DNA of 62,213 bases, counting the filler, from Squatina squatina (Eukaryota), in the NCBI GenBank assembly GCA_031763465.1. It is 3 parts of 3 records of this genome, joined end to end, with 100 filler letters (N's around TTAATTAATTAA, not from the genome) between each part and the next. Parts side by side here need not be neighbours in the genome. Positions count along the whole stretch, not along the records: positions 1 to 29,231 come from JARFOE010000068.1; 2 more parts are not named here. The stretch is one strand, 5' to 3'. The position numbers and the translations under genes are program-made. Within the stretch, counting starts at the first letter, position 1. Each line of letters opens with the position of its first letter. The notes beneath the pieces are model-generated. The model saw only the letters and a list, made by a program, of their open reading frames with translations. It was not told the origin of the DNA and ran no database searches. This document shows, piece by piece, positions 1 to 12,159 of the stretch.

Positions 1-174
1 AGATTAACTGTTCATTATCACATTGCTGTATGTGGAGCTTGCTGTGCACAAATTGGCTGCTGCATTTCTTACATTACAACAGTGAGTACATTCAAAAGTA
101 CTTCATTGGCTGCAAAGCACTTTGAGATGTCCTGAAGTCATGAAAGGTGCTATATAAATGTACGTCTTTCTTTT
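1..174 (+). mobile_element. 3' portion of a DeuSINE (SacSINE1/AmnSINE1-like)
   Basis: GCTTGCTGTGCACAAATTGGCTGC...CATTACAACAGTGA...AAAGGTGCTATATAAATG...TCTTTCTTT closely matches the 3' ends of the full copies at 17675 and 23687. Confidence 0.85.
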
Positions 175-415
175 GCCTTAATCGAAGACATCAAATAGTG
201 TGGGTGCGTAGCTGAAAAGAGGATGGTTAGGGTCTTGTAGTTGTTTTAAATATTCCCCGTGGTTAGCATGGACTGGTTGGGCTGAATGGCCTGTTTCTGT
301 GCTGTATATTCTATGTAATTCTATCCAGCAGCTTCCCTGTGAGCTGCTGCTCCAACAATATCTGCCTCTTTAGGGCCTCATCTGTCAGTGCTCGTTACGA
401 AGAAACCAAAGCTGC

Positions 416-490
416 TACACTGGGGGCCGCGCTATAACGTGGCTCGCTATAGCGTGGGACTCGGTATAACACGGGTTCCTCTCGGACCCC
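416..490 (+). mobile_element. Possible Tc1/mariner (Tigger-like) terminal fragment
   Basis: TA followed by CACTGG..CCGCGCTATAACG and repeated TATAACG/TATAGCG subterminal motifs, as recalled for Tigger-type MITE ends. No partner end is visible. Confidence 0.35.
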
Positions 491-669
491 AAAATAAATT
501 GTGTTCACGAGTTGTGTTCACCTTCCCAAGAATAAACAAAACAACACTACAAATGAACCACGTTAAAAGNNNNNNNNNNNNNNNNNNNNNNNNNNNNNNN
601 NNNNNNNNNNNNNNNNNNNNNNNNNNNNNNNNNNNNNNNNNNNNNNNNNNNNNNNNNNNNNNNNNNNNN

Positions 670-1678
670 CCATTTTACCCGGATGAATCCTGCACAGATT
701 TTGACTACGCTGGTCCACCTCCCTCTTCCGTTTCCAATCTGGTGAAGCAGCCCCCGAAATCTATTCTCAAATCAAACAAACCAGCAGATCAGAGGCAGAG
801 TCCCAATGAATACCAGTCCATTTCTACCAGTTACAGTCGTCTAAAGTCTGTGTTCAATAAGCCCATGAAATCCATCCTCAAGAAGCAGGAGGTTTATGGC
901 AGTAGGTCAAATAGTAGCAGAGGGTATGGGGATGATGATCAGGGAGGCGAGCACGAGAACCTGCCTTCGCCTGGTCAAAACAATCCGTTCTTCCGCTCAG
1001 AGTCCAATAACATCATATTGCAGCCCTCCTTCCCAGATTTATCTCGCACAGGGGCACTTCAGAAAGCATTTTCTGACTCGCTGTGTTCTGCCCCTTCCCG
1101 GCAGCCTTCCTCTTCACAAAGTGCTGCGCCTGGTTCTTTTAGTCGCGCATCTGTCACCAACATTGAAAAAGCTGTAACGCTAGGCTCTCCTGTCTCTGCC
1201 ACTTCAACCATAGAGTTTAAAAACATGTTAAAGAATGCCTCTCGTAGACCGACTGATGACAAGCCTTTAGAAAGCCCCATTAGCCCTGCTCCAGCAGGAG
1301 GCTTGAGTGAGAAAGGAAACCTCCCTGTTTTTGGACAATCTGGGATTGCCGAGAATGCAGATGGAGAGCAGCATTGTATAGAGACTCGTATATCTACGTC
1401 AGATTTACCCGAGAGCATAGAGGAGAAAGGAGCCCCCATAGAGACACTAGGTTCCAGTACCCCGTCGGCAGGGAGGCTGATGTTTGGAGAGCCCATTCAG
1501 ACCCTGGACTCGAGCCGAGGGTCTGGCAGAGGCAATATGAGCCATGGGAGAGGGGGGTCCAGGAGCCCTTGGTTTGAACAGAGTGAAAGCATTTCAGACT
1601 TTGACGATGATGCCTCCTCCATTGACGTTTCTGAAATGACTCAAGGTGTCCCTCCCAGTTTCAGAAACCAGTTCGAAG
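670..1678 (+). CDS. RPRD2: RPRD2 (regulation of nuclear pre-mRNA domain-containing 2), part of the large last coding exon
   Basis: Open frame between two gaps. DYAGPPPS, KSILKS, STIEFKNMLKNASRRPTDDK, IETRIS..DLPESIEEKGAPIETLG and GEPIQT match recalled vertebrate RPRD2 C-terminal motifs (STIEFKNMLKNASRKPSDDK, EEKGAPIETLG). Confidence 0.93.
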
Positions 1679-2216
1679 NNNNNNNNNNNNNNNNNNNNNN
1701 NNNNNNNNNNNNNNNNNNNNNNNNNNNNNNNNNNNNNNNNNNNNNNNNNNNNNNNNNNNNNNNNNNNNNNNNNNNNNNCAGAAACAGCGCCTGTATCCAT
1801 CTAAACACTGCATTATTGGTGGAAGTAGCAGCTGCTAAATCAAACTCGAGGTCCAGCTTCAGGCATTGCCACAAAACCCACCATTGCTAATGTTGGTCCA
1901 CTAAAAAACCCCTCTAGTGTAACGTGCAGCGTTTTTATTTGTACTATGTGCAGTTGTTTTTTTTTAACTAGACTAATGCCAGGTGTTGAGGAAACAGAAC
2001 TGGCCAAACAGTAAGATAATTTTACGAATCCGGATCTCACACAATGATAACTTATCCTTTAATATTCCTTCAATGCACAAATTACTTGCTTTGTAAACAC
2101 CATGAGTGGGAAAGCAACCCACCGACCATCCCCAGGAGAGCTACACGTCCCCATGACTGAGAGCATTGGCTACCAGGACTTGCTTTTTGGGAATGGCAGC
2201 TTCATGTTGATGTTCT

Positions 2217-2785
2217 GGAGCCAACAACTTTAGATCCAATAGCTTTAACACCCCCTTTGAAAGGCAGACTCCACAGATTGGACTTCCTCCTGGTTCGCTG
2301 CACGACCATATCGGGCCCCCCCCTGTTCCAACCCGAGACCACATTGGACATCCGCCTGGCCCTCCACCTGACCATGTACTTGCCCCGTGCCCCCCACAAG
2401 ATCACATCGGACCGCCTCCTGTTCCCTTGCGGGATATTGGACTGCCACCTGGGCCCCCACGAGATCACATGGGTCTACCCCCAGGTCCGCCTCCTGTTTC
2501 ACACGATCATTTGGGTCCTCCTGGCCCACCGCAGGAGCATATGGGTGTCTCGTCAGCTTCGCTAAGGGACCACGGTTCATTCCCTGGTCCTCCTCAAGAC
2601 CACAGTGGTCCCCCTCCTGGTCCTTCCCATGAGCAAATTGGGCCACCGCCGCGGGACCATGTGGGACCACCTCCTGGAACCCCGGTTGAACATATTGGGC
2701 CGCCCTCTGGCCCTCCGCCTGACCGCTTTGGCCCTGGTCTACCGCCTGGCCCCCCTCCCCGGGATCACCTCGGCCCCCCTCCCCG
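2217..2785 (+). CDS. RPRD2: RPRD2 last exon, continuation (FRSNSFN motif plus Pro/His-rich repeat)
   Basis: Frame is open from the TGA at 2208-2210 to the gap. GANNFRSNSFNTPFE resembles human FRSNSFNSTFE and is followed by about 15 units of (I/M/L)GxPPGPPxDH. Confidence 0.8.
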
Positions 2786-3683
2786 NNNNNNNNNNNNNNN
2801 NNNNNNNNNNNNNNNNNNNNNNNNNNNNNNNNNNNNNNNNNNNNNNNNNNNNNNNNNNNNNNNNNNNNNNNNNNNNNNNNNNNNNNNNNNNNNNNNNNNN
2901 NNNNNNNNNNNNNNNNNNNNNNNNNNNNNNNNNNNNNNNNNNNNNNNNNNNNNNNNNNNNNNNNNNNNNNNNNNNNNNNNNNNNNNNNNNNNNNNNNNNN
3001 NNNNNNNNNNNNNNNNNNNNNNNNNNNNNNNNNNNNNNNNNNNNNNNNNNNNNNNNNNNNNNNNNNNNNNNNNNNNNNNNNNNNNNNNNNNNNNNNNNNN
3101 NNNNNNNNNNNNNNNNNNNNNNNNNNNNNNNNNNNNNNNNNNNNNNNNNNNNNNNNNNNNNNNNNNNNNNNNNNNNNNNNNNNNNNNNNNNNNNNNNNNN
3201 NNNNNNNNNNNNNNNNNNNNNNNNNNNNNNNNNNNNNNNNNNNNNNNNNNNNNNNNNNNNNNNNNNNNNNNNNNNNNNNNNNNNNNNNNNNNNNNNNNNN
3301 NNNNNNNNNNNNNNNNNNNNNNNNNNNNNNNNNNNNNNNNNNNNNNNNNNNNNNNNNNNNNNNNNNNNNNNNNNNNNNNNNNNNNNNNNNNNNNNNNNNN
3401 NNNNNNNNNNNNNNNNNNNNNNNNNNNNNNNNNNNNNNNNNNNNNNNNNNNNNNNNNNNNNNNNNNNNNNNNNNNNNNNNNNNNNNNNNNNNNNNNNNNN
3501 NNNNNNNNNNNNNNNNNNNNNNNNNNNNNNNNNNNNNNNNNNNNNNNNNNNNNNNNNNNNNNNNNNNNNNNNNNNNNNNNNNNNNNNNNNNNNNNNNNNN
3601 NNNNNNNNNNNNNNNNNNNNNNNNNNNNNNNNNNNNNNNNNNNNNNNNNNNNNNNNNNNNNNNNNNNNNNNNNNNNNNNNNNN

Positions 3684-5760
3684 GAAGCTTCAGTGATGCA
3701 CAGAAATCTTTCTTGGAGCTAGACAACCATTTACTTTTACACAAAGTAAAACTTTTATATAGATGCAAATACAGTCTTAAGATGCTGTAGCTTCTCCAGA
3801 CCCTTTGCTGTTTTGTGTTCCGTTTTTAATTACACTTTTACTTTTGTACCAGTTGTGGAGGGGGGAGAAAAAAAAGAGGTTAAACGCAAATGTCTCTGTC
3901 GTCATTGAAAGTGTTTGTGAAGATGCTGCCNNNNNNNNNNCTCTTTTGACTTGTCGAGGGGGCAGCCTGTCGCTTGCATTCAGTCGACTTCAGCAGGGGT
4001 GTGAGGGAGTTGTTCCAATTTCAGTCCGTTGCCCACACACCTGGGGGTTGTTCCTTGTGCCAGCCACCTAAGCTTTTTCTTTTTAAAACACATCGCAGTG
4101 TGCAACTTCAGCTACTTGGCTTGAGTATTGGGGGTCGGCCCTTGCGTTGTAGGAAGTTTTTTTTTGTTACGTTAAGTAAGCTTCTCCCACGCCGTTTAAT
4201 TTTTTTCCCTACACAGCCACATGGATGGAGCGTCTTCCCCTTGGCAACGCCAGTGCTGCTCGCCAAGATGCCAAGGAGAGGGCGGGCACGCTTATGGTGG
4301 AATGGGAAGCGCGCACTGCCCTGGCTGCCCTGCCCGGAAGTGGGAACAGTGGAAGATGCTCCATCTGATAACCTGGCTGAGAACCGAACGTGACTCACAG
4401 CAATCAAGGCAAGAAGATTAAAAGCATAGTGGGCAAGACTGGAGCCTGTGGACTGTGCAGTGGCCACAGTCACCTGTTAAGCTACCAGGCCACAATGAGA
4501 TTTGCAGTGTTTCTAATGACAGTGTAGTAAAAATTTGATTCACGTCACTGGTCTACAAAAAGATGGTAACTCCTTGGAATAAACGTTCCTCGGGCATATT
4601 ACGAGCTTTTTTAAATAATAGATTGATGAACTTGGAGGTCACATAAAACCTAAGTTTGTGCAGCTTATTAAGAGTTTGATTACTGCTGGTCCAACTTCTG
4701 GTGGAGCAGTTGATCAGCAGTTAAGCTATCCAGTGTACTTTTTGTGTTGCCTTGTTCCTTTGACTCGTTCTGTACCAGTCACTGTTTTTGCCAGACTGAC
4801 GTTCTTTTGACCTGGAGGAGCGCCTTGCTGACTAATACTTGTTCTGTTTATANNNNNNNNNNNNNNNNNNNNNNNNNNNNNNNNNNNNNNNNNNNNNNNN
4901 NNNNNNNNNNNNNNNNNNNNNNNNNNNNNNNNNNNNNNNNNNNNNNNNNNNNNNNNNNNNNNNNNNNNNNNNNNNNNNNNNNNNNNNNNNNNNNNNNNNN
5001 NNNNNNNNNNNNNNNNNNNNNNNNNNNNNNNNNNNNNNNNNNNNNNNNNNNNNNNNNNNNNNNNNNNNNNNNNNNNNNNNNNNNNNNNNNNNNNNNNNNN
5101 NNNNNNNNNNNNNNNNNNNNNNNNNNNNNNNNNNNNNNNNNNNNNNNNNNNNNNNNNNNNNNNNNNNNNNNNNNNNNNNNNNNNNNNNNNNNNNNNNNNN
5201 NNNNNNNNNNNNNNNNNNNNNNNNNNNNNNNNNNNNNGCAAGCGAGAAAAAAAAAACTTTTTTTGTTTCCTGAATTAAAAAGTGAAGATCAAGTTCTCCA
5301 TTTATTTTTCTTAAGAGTTTGTAAGCATTTAGCAAAAGTTTTTTTAAATTAGTTCTACACGACAGATAAAACACAAAGTTTTGGATGCAATCTGAAGTTT
5401 AAGCTGTGAAGAACCCCTTTCGAGTTGCGCTCCTTCCTGGAACTTAAAGTTTTGTGTGTGTGTGTGTGTATCTCAACTGTGCTGATTTGTCACCACTTCT
5501 TGATAATGCCGTTTTTTTTTCATGTGAATGTAACTTCACTGGAGGGAAAGGCGACTTTATAGTTCCCAATGGTTTCCAAAAAGTGAAACCCACTTTGTAA
5601 ATATGTTGTCTGGTTAACTCACTTAGATTGATATGTCTTCACTAACGGTGTTGGAAACAGTCAAACTGAGTGAAAGATTTGCCTGCTTTTAGAGAGAAAC
5701 TGAAATGCTTTGAAAATGAACTGTAATTACTTTAATAAAAAAAAAACTAGTCTTAATTTA
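3684..5760 (+). other. RPRD2: Probable RPRD2 3' UTR with polyadenylation signal
   Basis: Follows the last coding exon, is non-coding with U-rich tracts, and has AATAAA at 5734-5739 followed by a T-rich element. Inferred from position. Confidence 0.5.
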
Positions 5761-6825
5761 TTTTTTTTGGAAGATGAATAAGGATTCGGCAATTTGCCAC
5801 GAGCAGTGAACGTTTACTTAACTGAACATTAATTAAGTTGGAGGGGCCGGTGCAATCTGTTTTCTGAGGACCTGTATAAATTTACTTTTGTCTGCATTTG
5901 GCTAAAATGTCATAGTATTCCCACCCTCGGGCCGAATATACAGATACATATTAAAACTGACGTGAGGTAGCCTGGTACATCTAAAAGTGAAATACTGTGT
6001 TCCTAATCCAAGGGTTGCCCAATCGTGACCTTGAATTTGAACATACCAGCCCCCGGAAATTGGACAGGTTCGCCCTTTCTTGACTGGGGTCCCACTTGCT
6101 GGTCCTCCATGCCCGGCGGTACAGTGTACCGTCTTGTTGGCGTGGGGAAGGGTGTCCCGCGTTGGTGATAGACTGCTGGACAAATGCCAGCACTGGTCAT
6201 CAGTATTGGAGTGACCTGGATGCTGGGCCTGGCCATTGCCCTTCAGCCAGAAGGGAGAAGCTCAGCAACTTGAAACAGTAGTCTTTAAAAATGAAAGGAA
6301 GGTCAAGGGTTGAGATTCTAAGCCACCGTACTCATTTGACTTTTTTTTTTATGGAGTTGTGACCATCGTTACTCTCATGTCACCAGGAGCATTTATATGC
6401 TTGTGGGGATCTTTGAGGGTTCTCAGCTGAAAAAGTAGCGCGCCCTGCATCAGGTGCCCAGAAGGCTGACCTGTGCCCAGCCTAGTCGCAAGTGCACTGC
6501 CCGTTGATGGAGTGCAGTGTGGTGTTAAACCAGTGTGAAGAAGCCTGAGGCCGCTGAGGGTTTCCTGGATAGAAGCATTCTTGCACTCATTCGTGTCCCA
6601 ACCACAGAACCGTGGCTCCTGGCAGGGAGAAAGTGGGTAGCAGTAACCTGGGCATCATTTCGTGAACTATAGAAGTAATTCCCATTGGGCCTAAGTCAGT
6701 AGCAGGTCTCCTGCTGAAGATCTGANNNNNNNNNNNNNNNNNNNNNNNNNNNNNNNNNNNNNNNNNNNNNNNNNNNNNNNNNNNNNNNNNNNNNNNNNNN
6801 NNNNNNNNNNNNNNNNNNNNNNNNN

Positions 6826-7524
6826 GAAAATGGAATGAGCGTAAACTAGCAAGAAATACAAGAACCGATTGTATGAGCTCTGCAAGTATGTGAAAAAGCA
6901 CAGTAGCAAAAGCAAGCATTGGTTCCTTAGAGGCTGAGACAGGAGAACTTGTATTGGGGAACAAGGAAATGGCAGTGACCTTAAATATTTTGTATCTATC
7001 TTCACAGTAGAAGACAAAAAATGTACACCTAATATAGTGGGGAACCAAGGGGCTAATAATAAGAATGTGGAACATAAAGTAATTAATATCAGTAGAGATC
7101 ANNNNNNNNNNTCTCCAGATTCTGGAAGGTCCCAATGGATTGGAAGGTAGCAAATGTAACCCCTGCTATTCAGGAAAGGAAGGAGAGAGAAGATGAGGAA
7201 CTACAGGCCAGTTAGCCTGATGGGAAAATGCTGGAATCCATTATTAAGGAAGTGGTAACAGAACACTTTATCAAAAAAAAATTTAAAAATTGTAATCTGT
7301 TTAGGCAGAGTCATCATGGTTTTATGGAAGGGATATTGTGTTTGACACACTTATTAGTTTTTTTGAGGATGTAACTAGCCGGGTAGATAAAGGGGAACCA
7401 GTAGACGTAGTATATTTGGATTTCCAGTAGACGTAGTATATTTGGATTTCCAATAGGCATTTGATAAGGTGCCAAGTAAAAGGTTATTACAAAAGATCAG
7501 GGCTCATGGGATTAGAGGTAATGT
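6826..7524 (+). mobile_element. CR1-clade LINE ORF2 (RT) fragment, degenerate
   Basis: Frame-broken RT motifs NYRPVSL, GKMLESIIKE and EDVTSRVDKGEPVDVVYLDFQ. Confidence 0.88.
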
Positions 7525-7624
7525 NNNNNNNNNNNNNNNNNNNNNNNNNNNNNNNNNNNNNNNNNNNNNNNNNNNNNNNNNNNNNNNNNNNNNNNNNNNN
7601 NNNNNNNNNNNNNNNNNNNNNNNN

Positions 7625-7730
7625 CCGCTCCCTGTGTCTCTCCCTGTGTCTCTCCCTGTGCCGCTCCCTGTGCCGCTCCCTGTCTCGCCTCATGTCCTTC
7701 TCTCTGCCTTTCTCTCTGCCTTTCTCTTTG
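7625..7730. repeat. 12-bp low-complexity pyrimidine-rich repeat (CTCCCTGTGTCT / CTCTCTGCCTTT)
   Basis: Tandem units are directly visible; translates as CLSL/CRSL/FSLP repeats. Confidence 0.7.
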
Positions 7731-8291
7731 CAATTGTCTCCGCCTTTGTCTTCACCAAAGCATCCTCTGACGGTAACACCAGAGCAGGAGGCTGAGTGCC
7801 AACGCAGTGCCCATGAAGCGAGATATGTTGTAATTTCAAATCTGGCCTGAGTAATACAGGGGAATAGTTAGTAGACAGTCCTTGAAGTAAAGATCGCTGC
7901 AATTGGTTCACCAGCCACTCTGCCTTTGTGTTGGAAAGCAGAAAAAGTAATCGCCAACAGAAATTTTGTTTCAAGATGGTGTCTTTAAATAGCACTGCTC
8001 CAGCCGATTCCCGACTGCAACTCGACAGCTGAAGCCGTTGTTGTCACCGCCAGCTGGTAAGTGAGGGTCTGCGGCTGAATTTCACTTCCGGGGCAGTAAC
8101 GGGGCGCTACGCGTGGCAATGACATCATCATCGGCAGGCACAGCCAAGCGGGGTGCTTCCAGCAGGAGCGGGGCACTTCCACAAAACCCCCACCCAATTC
8201 CACGGAGGGCATTTTTATCATCGCGCCTGGGCAAAAACCATTTTGTGGCCCGTTAAAACGGCAGGCGCACAAGAGGCCAATTTCAGCCCCT

Positions 8292-8830
8292 TTGTGTTTC
8301 CTCACAGCTTACTTTCCCACCCAGCTTTGTATCGTGAGCAAACTTCGATACATTATACTCAGTCCCTTCATCTAATGTCATTAATATAGATTGTAAATAG
8401 CTGAGGCCCAAGTACTGATCCTTGCAATACCCCACTAGTTGCAGACTGCCAACCTGAAAATGATACATTTATCCCTACTCTCTGTGTTTTGTTCATTTAC
8501 CAATCCTCTATCCATACTACCCCCAACCCCATGAATCCTTATCTTGTGTAACAATCTTTTATGTGGCACTTTATTGAATGCCTTTTGGAAATCCAAATAA
8601 ACTACATCTACTGGCTCCTCTTTATCTACCCTGCTAGTTACATTCTCAAACAACTCTAATAAATTTGGTAAACGTGAGTTTCCTTTCAGAAAACCATGTT
8701 GACTCTGCCGAATTATATTACAATCTTCTAAGTACCCTATTACCACTTCATTAATAACGGTTCCAGCATTTTTCAAGCAACTGGTGTCAGGTTAACTAGC
8801 CTGTAGTTCGTTGTTTTCTCTCTCTCCTTT
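8292..8830 (-). mobile_element. CR1-clade LINE RT fragment
   Basis: Minus-strand translations IRQSQHGFLKGNSRLPNLLELFENVTSRVDKEEPVDVVYLDFQKAFNKVPHKRLL and SKFAHDTKLGG (degenerate FADDTKL). Confidence 0.9.
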
Positions 8831-8869
8831 CTTGGAGGGAAAAAGCAGAGAAATGATACTAAACCTGAA

Positions 8870-9350
8870 CTGAACCTTGGTTGGACCACACTTAGATTAC
8901 TGTGCATATTTCTGGTCTCCATATTATAAAAAAAGGATTTAGAGGCACCGGAGAAGGTGCAAACAAGATTTACAAGGTTCCAGAACGGAGAGGTTTTCAG
9001 GAAAGACAGAACAGCCTGGGGCTCTTTCCTCAAGGAATGAGAAGGCTGAAAGGTGGCCTGATAGAGGTCTTTAAGATTATTAATTGATTTGATAGGGTAG
9101 ATATAGAGATGATGTTTCCACTTTTGGGGGAGTCCAAAACAAGGGGCCATAAACACAAGATATTCACTAATAAATCCAGTCGGGAATTCAGGAGAAACTT
9201 CTTTACCCAGAGAGTGGTTTGAATGTGGAATTCGTTACCACAAGGAGTAGTTGAGGCGAATTTATGGGGAAGCTGGATAAACACGAGGGAGAAAGGAATA
9301 GAATGATATATTCACTGGGTTAGATGGAGTGGGGTGGGAGGAGGCTCGTG
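8870..9350 (+). mobile_element. CR1-clade LINE 3' region
   Basis: Encodes RLKGGLIEVFKII and contains AGGAGAAACTTCTTTACCCAGAGAGTGGT...TGTGGAA (RRNFFTQRVV..WN). Confidence 0.85.
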
Positions 9351-9450
9351 NNNNNNNNNNNNNNNNNNNNNNNNNNNNNNNNNNNNNNNNNNNNNNNNNN
9401 NNNNNNNNNNNNNNNNNNNNNNNNNNNNNNNNNNNNNNNNNNNNNNNNNN

Positions 9451-10309
9451 CACATACACATACATGTATATACACACACATAGACATTCATGTATATCTA
9501 TACACACACATACATGTATATCTATACACACACATATACATACATGTATATCTATACACACACATACACAAAGATGTATANNNNNNNNNNNNNNNNNNNN
9601 NNNNNNNNNNNNNNNNNNNNNNNNNNNNNNNNNNNNNNNNNNNNNNNNNNNNNNNNNNNNNNNNNNNNNNNNNNNNNNNNNNNNNNNNNNNNNNNNNNNN
9701 NNNNNNNNNNNNNNNNNNNNNNNNNNNNTACACACACATACACGTATACGGATATACATATACACGTACACACATACACATATACACACAAACACGGATA
9801 TACAAGTACACATACACGTATATCCACACACACGTATATCCACATACACACGTATATCCACATACACANNNNNNNNNNNNNNNNNNNNNNNNNNNNNNNN
9901 NNNNNNNNNNNNNNNNNNNNNNNNNNNNNNNNNNNNNNNNNNNNNNNNNNNNNNNNNNNNNNNNNNNNNNNNNNNNNNNNNNNNNNNNNNNNNNNNNNNN
10001 NNNNNNNNNNNNNNNNNNNNNNNNNNNNNNNNNNNNNNNNNNNNNNNNNNNNNNNNNNNNNNNACACATACACCCATATACANNNNNNNNNNNNNNNNNN
10101 NNNNNNNNNNNNNNNNNNNNNNNNNNNNNNNNNNNNNNNNNNNNNNNNNNNNNNNNNNNNNNNNNNNNNNNNNNNNNNNNNNNNNNNNNNNNNNNNNNNN
10201 NNNNNNNNNNNNNNNNNNNNNNNNNNNNNNNNNNNNNNNNNNNNNNNNNNNNNNNNNNNNNNNNNNNNNNNNNNNNNNNNNNNNNNNNNNNNNNNACACA
10301 CACATACAC
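9451..10309. repeat. Compound (CA/TA)n microsatellite-derived array, gapped
   Basis: CATACACA/TATACACA/CACGTATA units in all sequenced islands. Confidence 0.9.
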
Positions 10310-10672
10310 NNNNNNNNNNNNNNNNNNNNNNNNNNNNNNNNNNNNNNNNNNNNNNNNNNNNNNNNNNNNNNNNNNNNNNNNNNNNNNNNNNNNNNNNNNN
10401 NNNNNNNNNCCCCCCCCCCAGTTTGGTGGGCAGGGCAGGCTTCCAGCGTGATGTTTTTTAAACCAGCACAAAGAATCGCGGAAACTTGATTTGCGTTGGA
10501 CATAACTTGCGCTTAAAATTGTGCAAATTTCTGCGCTGCGCTGGCCATCAGGCGAATTGCGCTGCATAAAACAAGCAACCTACCCGAAACTCTACCCCAT
10601 ACGAGTTTAGTCAGTGCCCGAGTTTTGAAATCTTTACCCACAAGTTCCCTTNNNNNNNNNNNNNNNNNNNNN

Positions 10673-10790
10673 AACGACCTGAAACGTTAACTCTGTTTCT
10701 CTCACCACAGATGCTGCCTGACCTGCTGAGCATTTCCAGCATTTTCTGTTTTTTTCAGATTCTTAGCATCCGCAGTATTTTGCTTTTGTA
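10673..10790 (+). mobile_element. Terminal segment of a common shark interspersed repeat (probably Penelope-like)
   Basis: GACCTGAAACGTTAACTCTG...GATGCTGCCTGACCTGCTGAG...TCCAGCATTTT...GCATCCGCAGTATTTTG. A reverse-complement partial copy lies at 48620-48687. Family name is recalled, not verified. Confidence 0.6.
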
Positions 10791-10890
10791 TAACACTGTT
10801 AGCGTTTCATTATTGTACACTGAGCCACACTGACGGCCTGCACTGAAACTCCCCTGCCAGGACATCCGAACATCACAATTTCCACTAGGC

Positions 10891-10960
10891 CAGGGGTTCT
10901 CAACCGGGGGTCTGTGACCCTGTAGGGATCCACAAGAGGGTTTCAGCGGATTCGCCATAA
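10891..10960 (+). mobile_element. hAT (Charlie-type) terminal fragment
   Basis: Starts CAGGGGTTCTCAAC, a typical hAT-Charlie TIR, after CACTAGGC (central TA target). Other end not found. Confidence 0.45.
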
Positions 10961-11689
10961 GTAACCTTCAAGATTTAAAAAAAATGAAAAATACACTGTC
11001 GTGTAAAAGTGGGATCGAGTTGACCAAACTCAGCCCTGACACGGCCCTCTATTTTCCCCCCCCTCCCAAATGTCTGTGCGATGACAGCAGCAGCTGCCGC
11101 TGAATCCAGGCCCCCGCTCGCTAAGAAGGGAGAGAGACAGCGGTCGTTGGTCGCTGAACGGAAATGCCCCAGCTCGAGCTCTCCTCGCACCACATCCCGC
11201 TGTATATACAGACGGGCTGGCCCACTGTCTGAATAGTTACAGTACAACCAGCAGAGCTCCACCAACCGATTCGACATCTGGACTCGTGACCAAAAGTGTC
11301 CAACTGCACACTTCTGTGCAATATCGCAAACTCCTGGTTAGCCAATAGATTTTAGCAAGAGTGTTGACTCACACAAGGGTGCTGGCTGTCCTTTGGTGTC
11401 TAACCTCATTCGTTCTTCATCTGTGAGCCTATACCCTGAGTGTTAGCAGTCTTGCTCTACCAAGGAGGGCANNNNNNNNNNNNNNNNNNNNNNNNNNNNN
11501 NNNNNNNNNNNNNNNNNNNNNNNNNNNNNNNNNNNNNNNNNNNNNNNNNNNNNNNNNNNNNNNNNNNNNNNATTGGCCGTGGGTAGGCGGGGCACCATGA
11601 GGTGAACTTGTGGGCCGACCAATGGCAGGAGTGTTGGGGCGGGGTGGTTGGATTCGGGAGGTCATGTGACAGCACACATGACCTCCGCT

Positions 11690-11990
11690 GGTGGGGGAGT
11701 CTGGGACAAGGGGACATAATGTTAAAACCCGAGCCAGGCCAGCAGGAGTGAAGTTAGGAAACACTTCTTCACGCTAAGGGTGGTACAAGTATGGAACTCT
11801 CTCCCACGTAAAGCGGTAGATGTTAGCTCAATTAATAATTTTAAATCTGAAATTGCTAAGTATTTTTTGCTAGACAAGGGCACATAAGGATAAAGAGCCA
11901 AGGCAGGGGGATTGAGTTAAAATACCTGTGTGATTTCATTGAAGGGTGGACAGGCTCGAGGGGGCTGCCTGACCTGCTCCTGTTCCTAAG
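11690..11990 (+). mobile_element. CR1-clade LINE 3' end
   Basis: AGGAAACACTTCTTCACGCTAAGGGTGGTA..TGGAACTCTCTCCC and tail GGCTCGAGGGGCTG...CCTGCTCCTGTTCCTA. Confidence 0.8.
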
Positions 11991-12159
11991 ACACCTCCAG
12001 GAAAACATACAACCAGAGTTGGCAACTGCACCTGACTGTGATGAACTCCTGAGGTTTGAACAACCTGCCTCAACTCACTGTGTAAATCTCATGTTGGGGG
12101 GGAAGCAAATGCAATTCTTCAGGGTTTAATTCATTGAATATGAAACTTATCCTCATTCC

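Noticed and set aside
388-569. N-terminal part of the 500-aa ORF as RPRD2 coding sequence
   Set aside because: It joins the real exon only by reading through Ns and looks like intronic or transposon sequence.
9262-10567. Long His/Thr/Tyr- or Val/Cys-rich ORFs
   Set aside because: Translations of a CA/TA microsatellite plus N runs.
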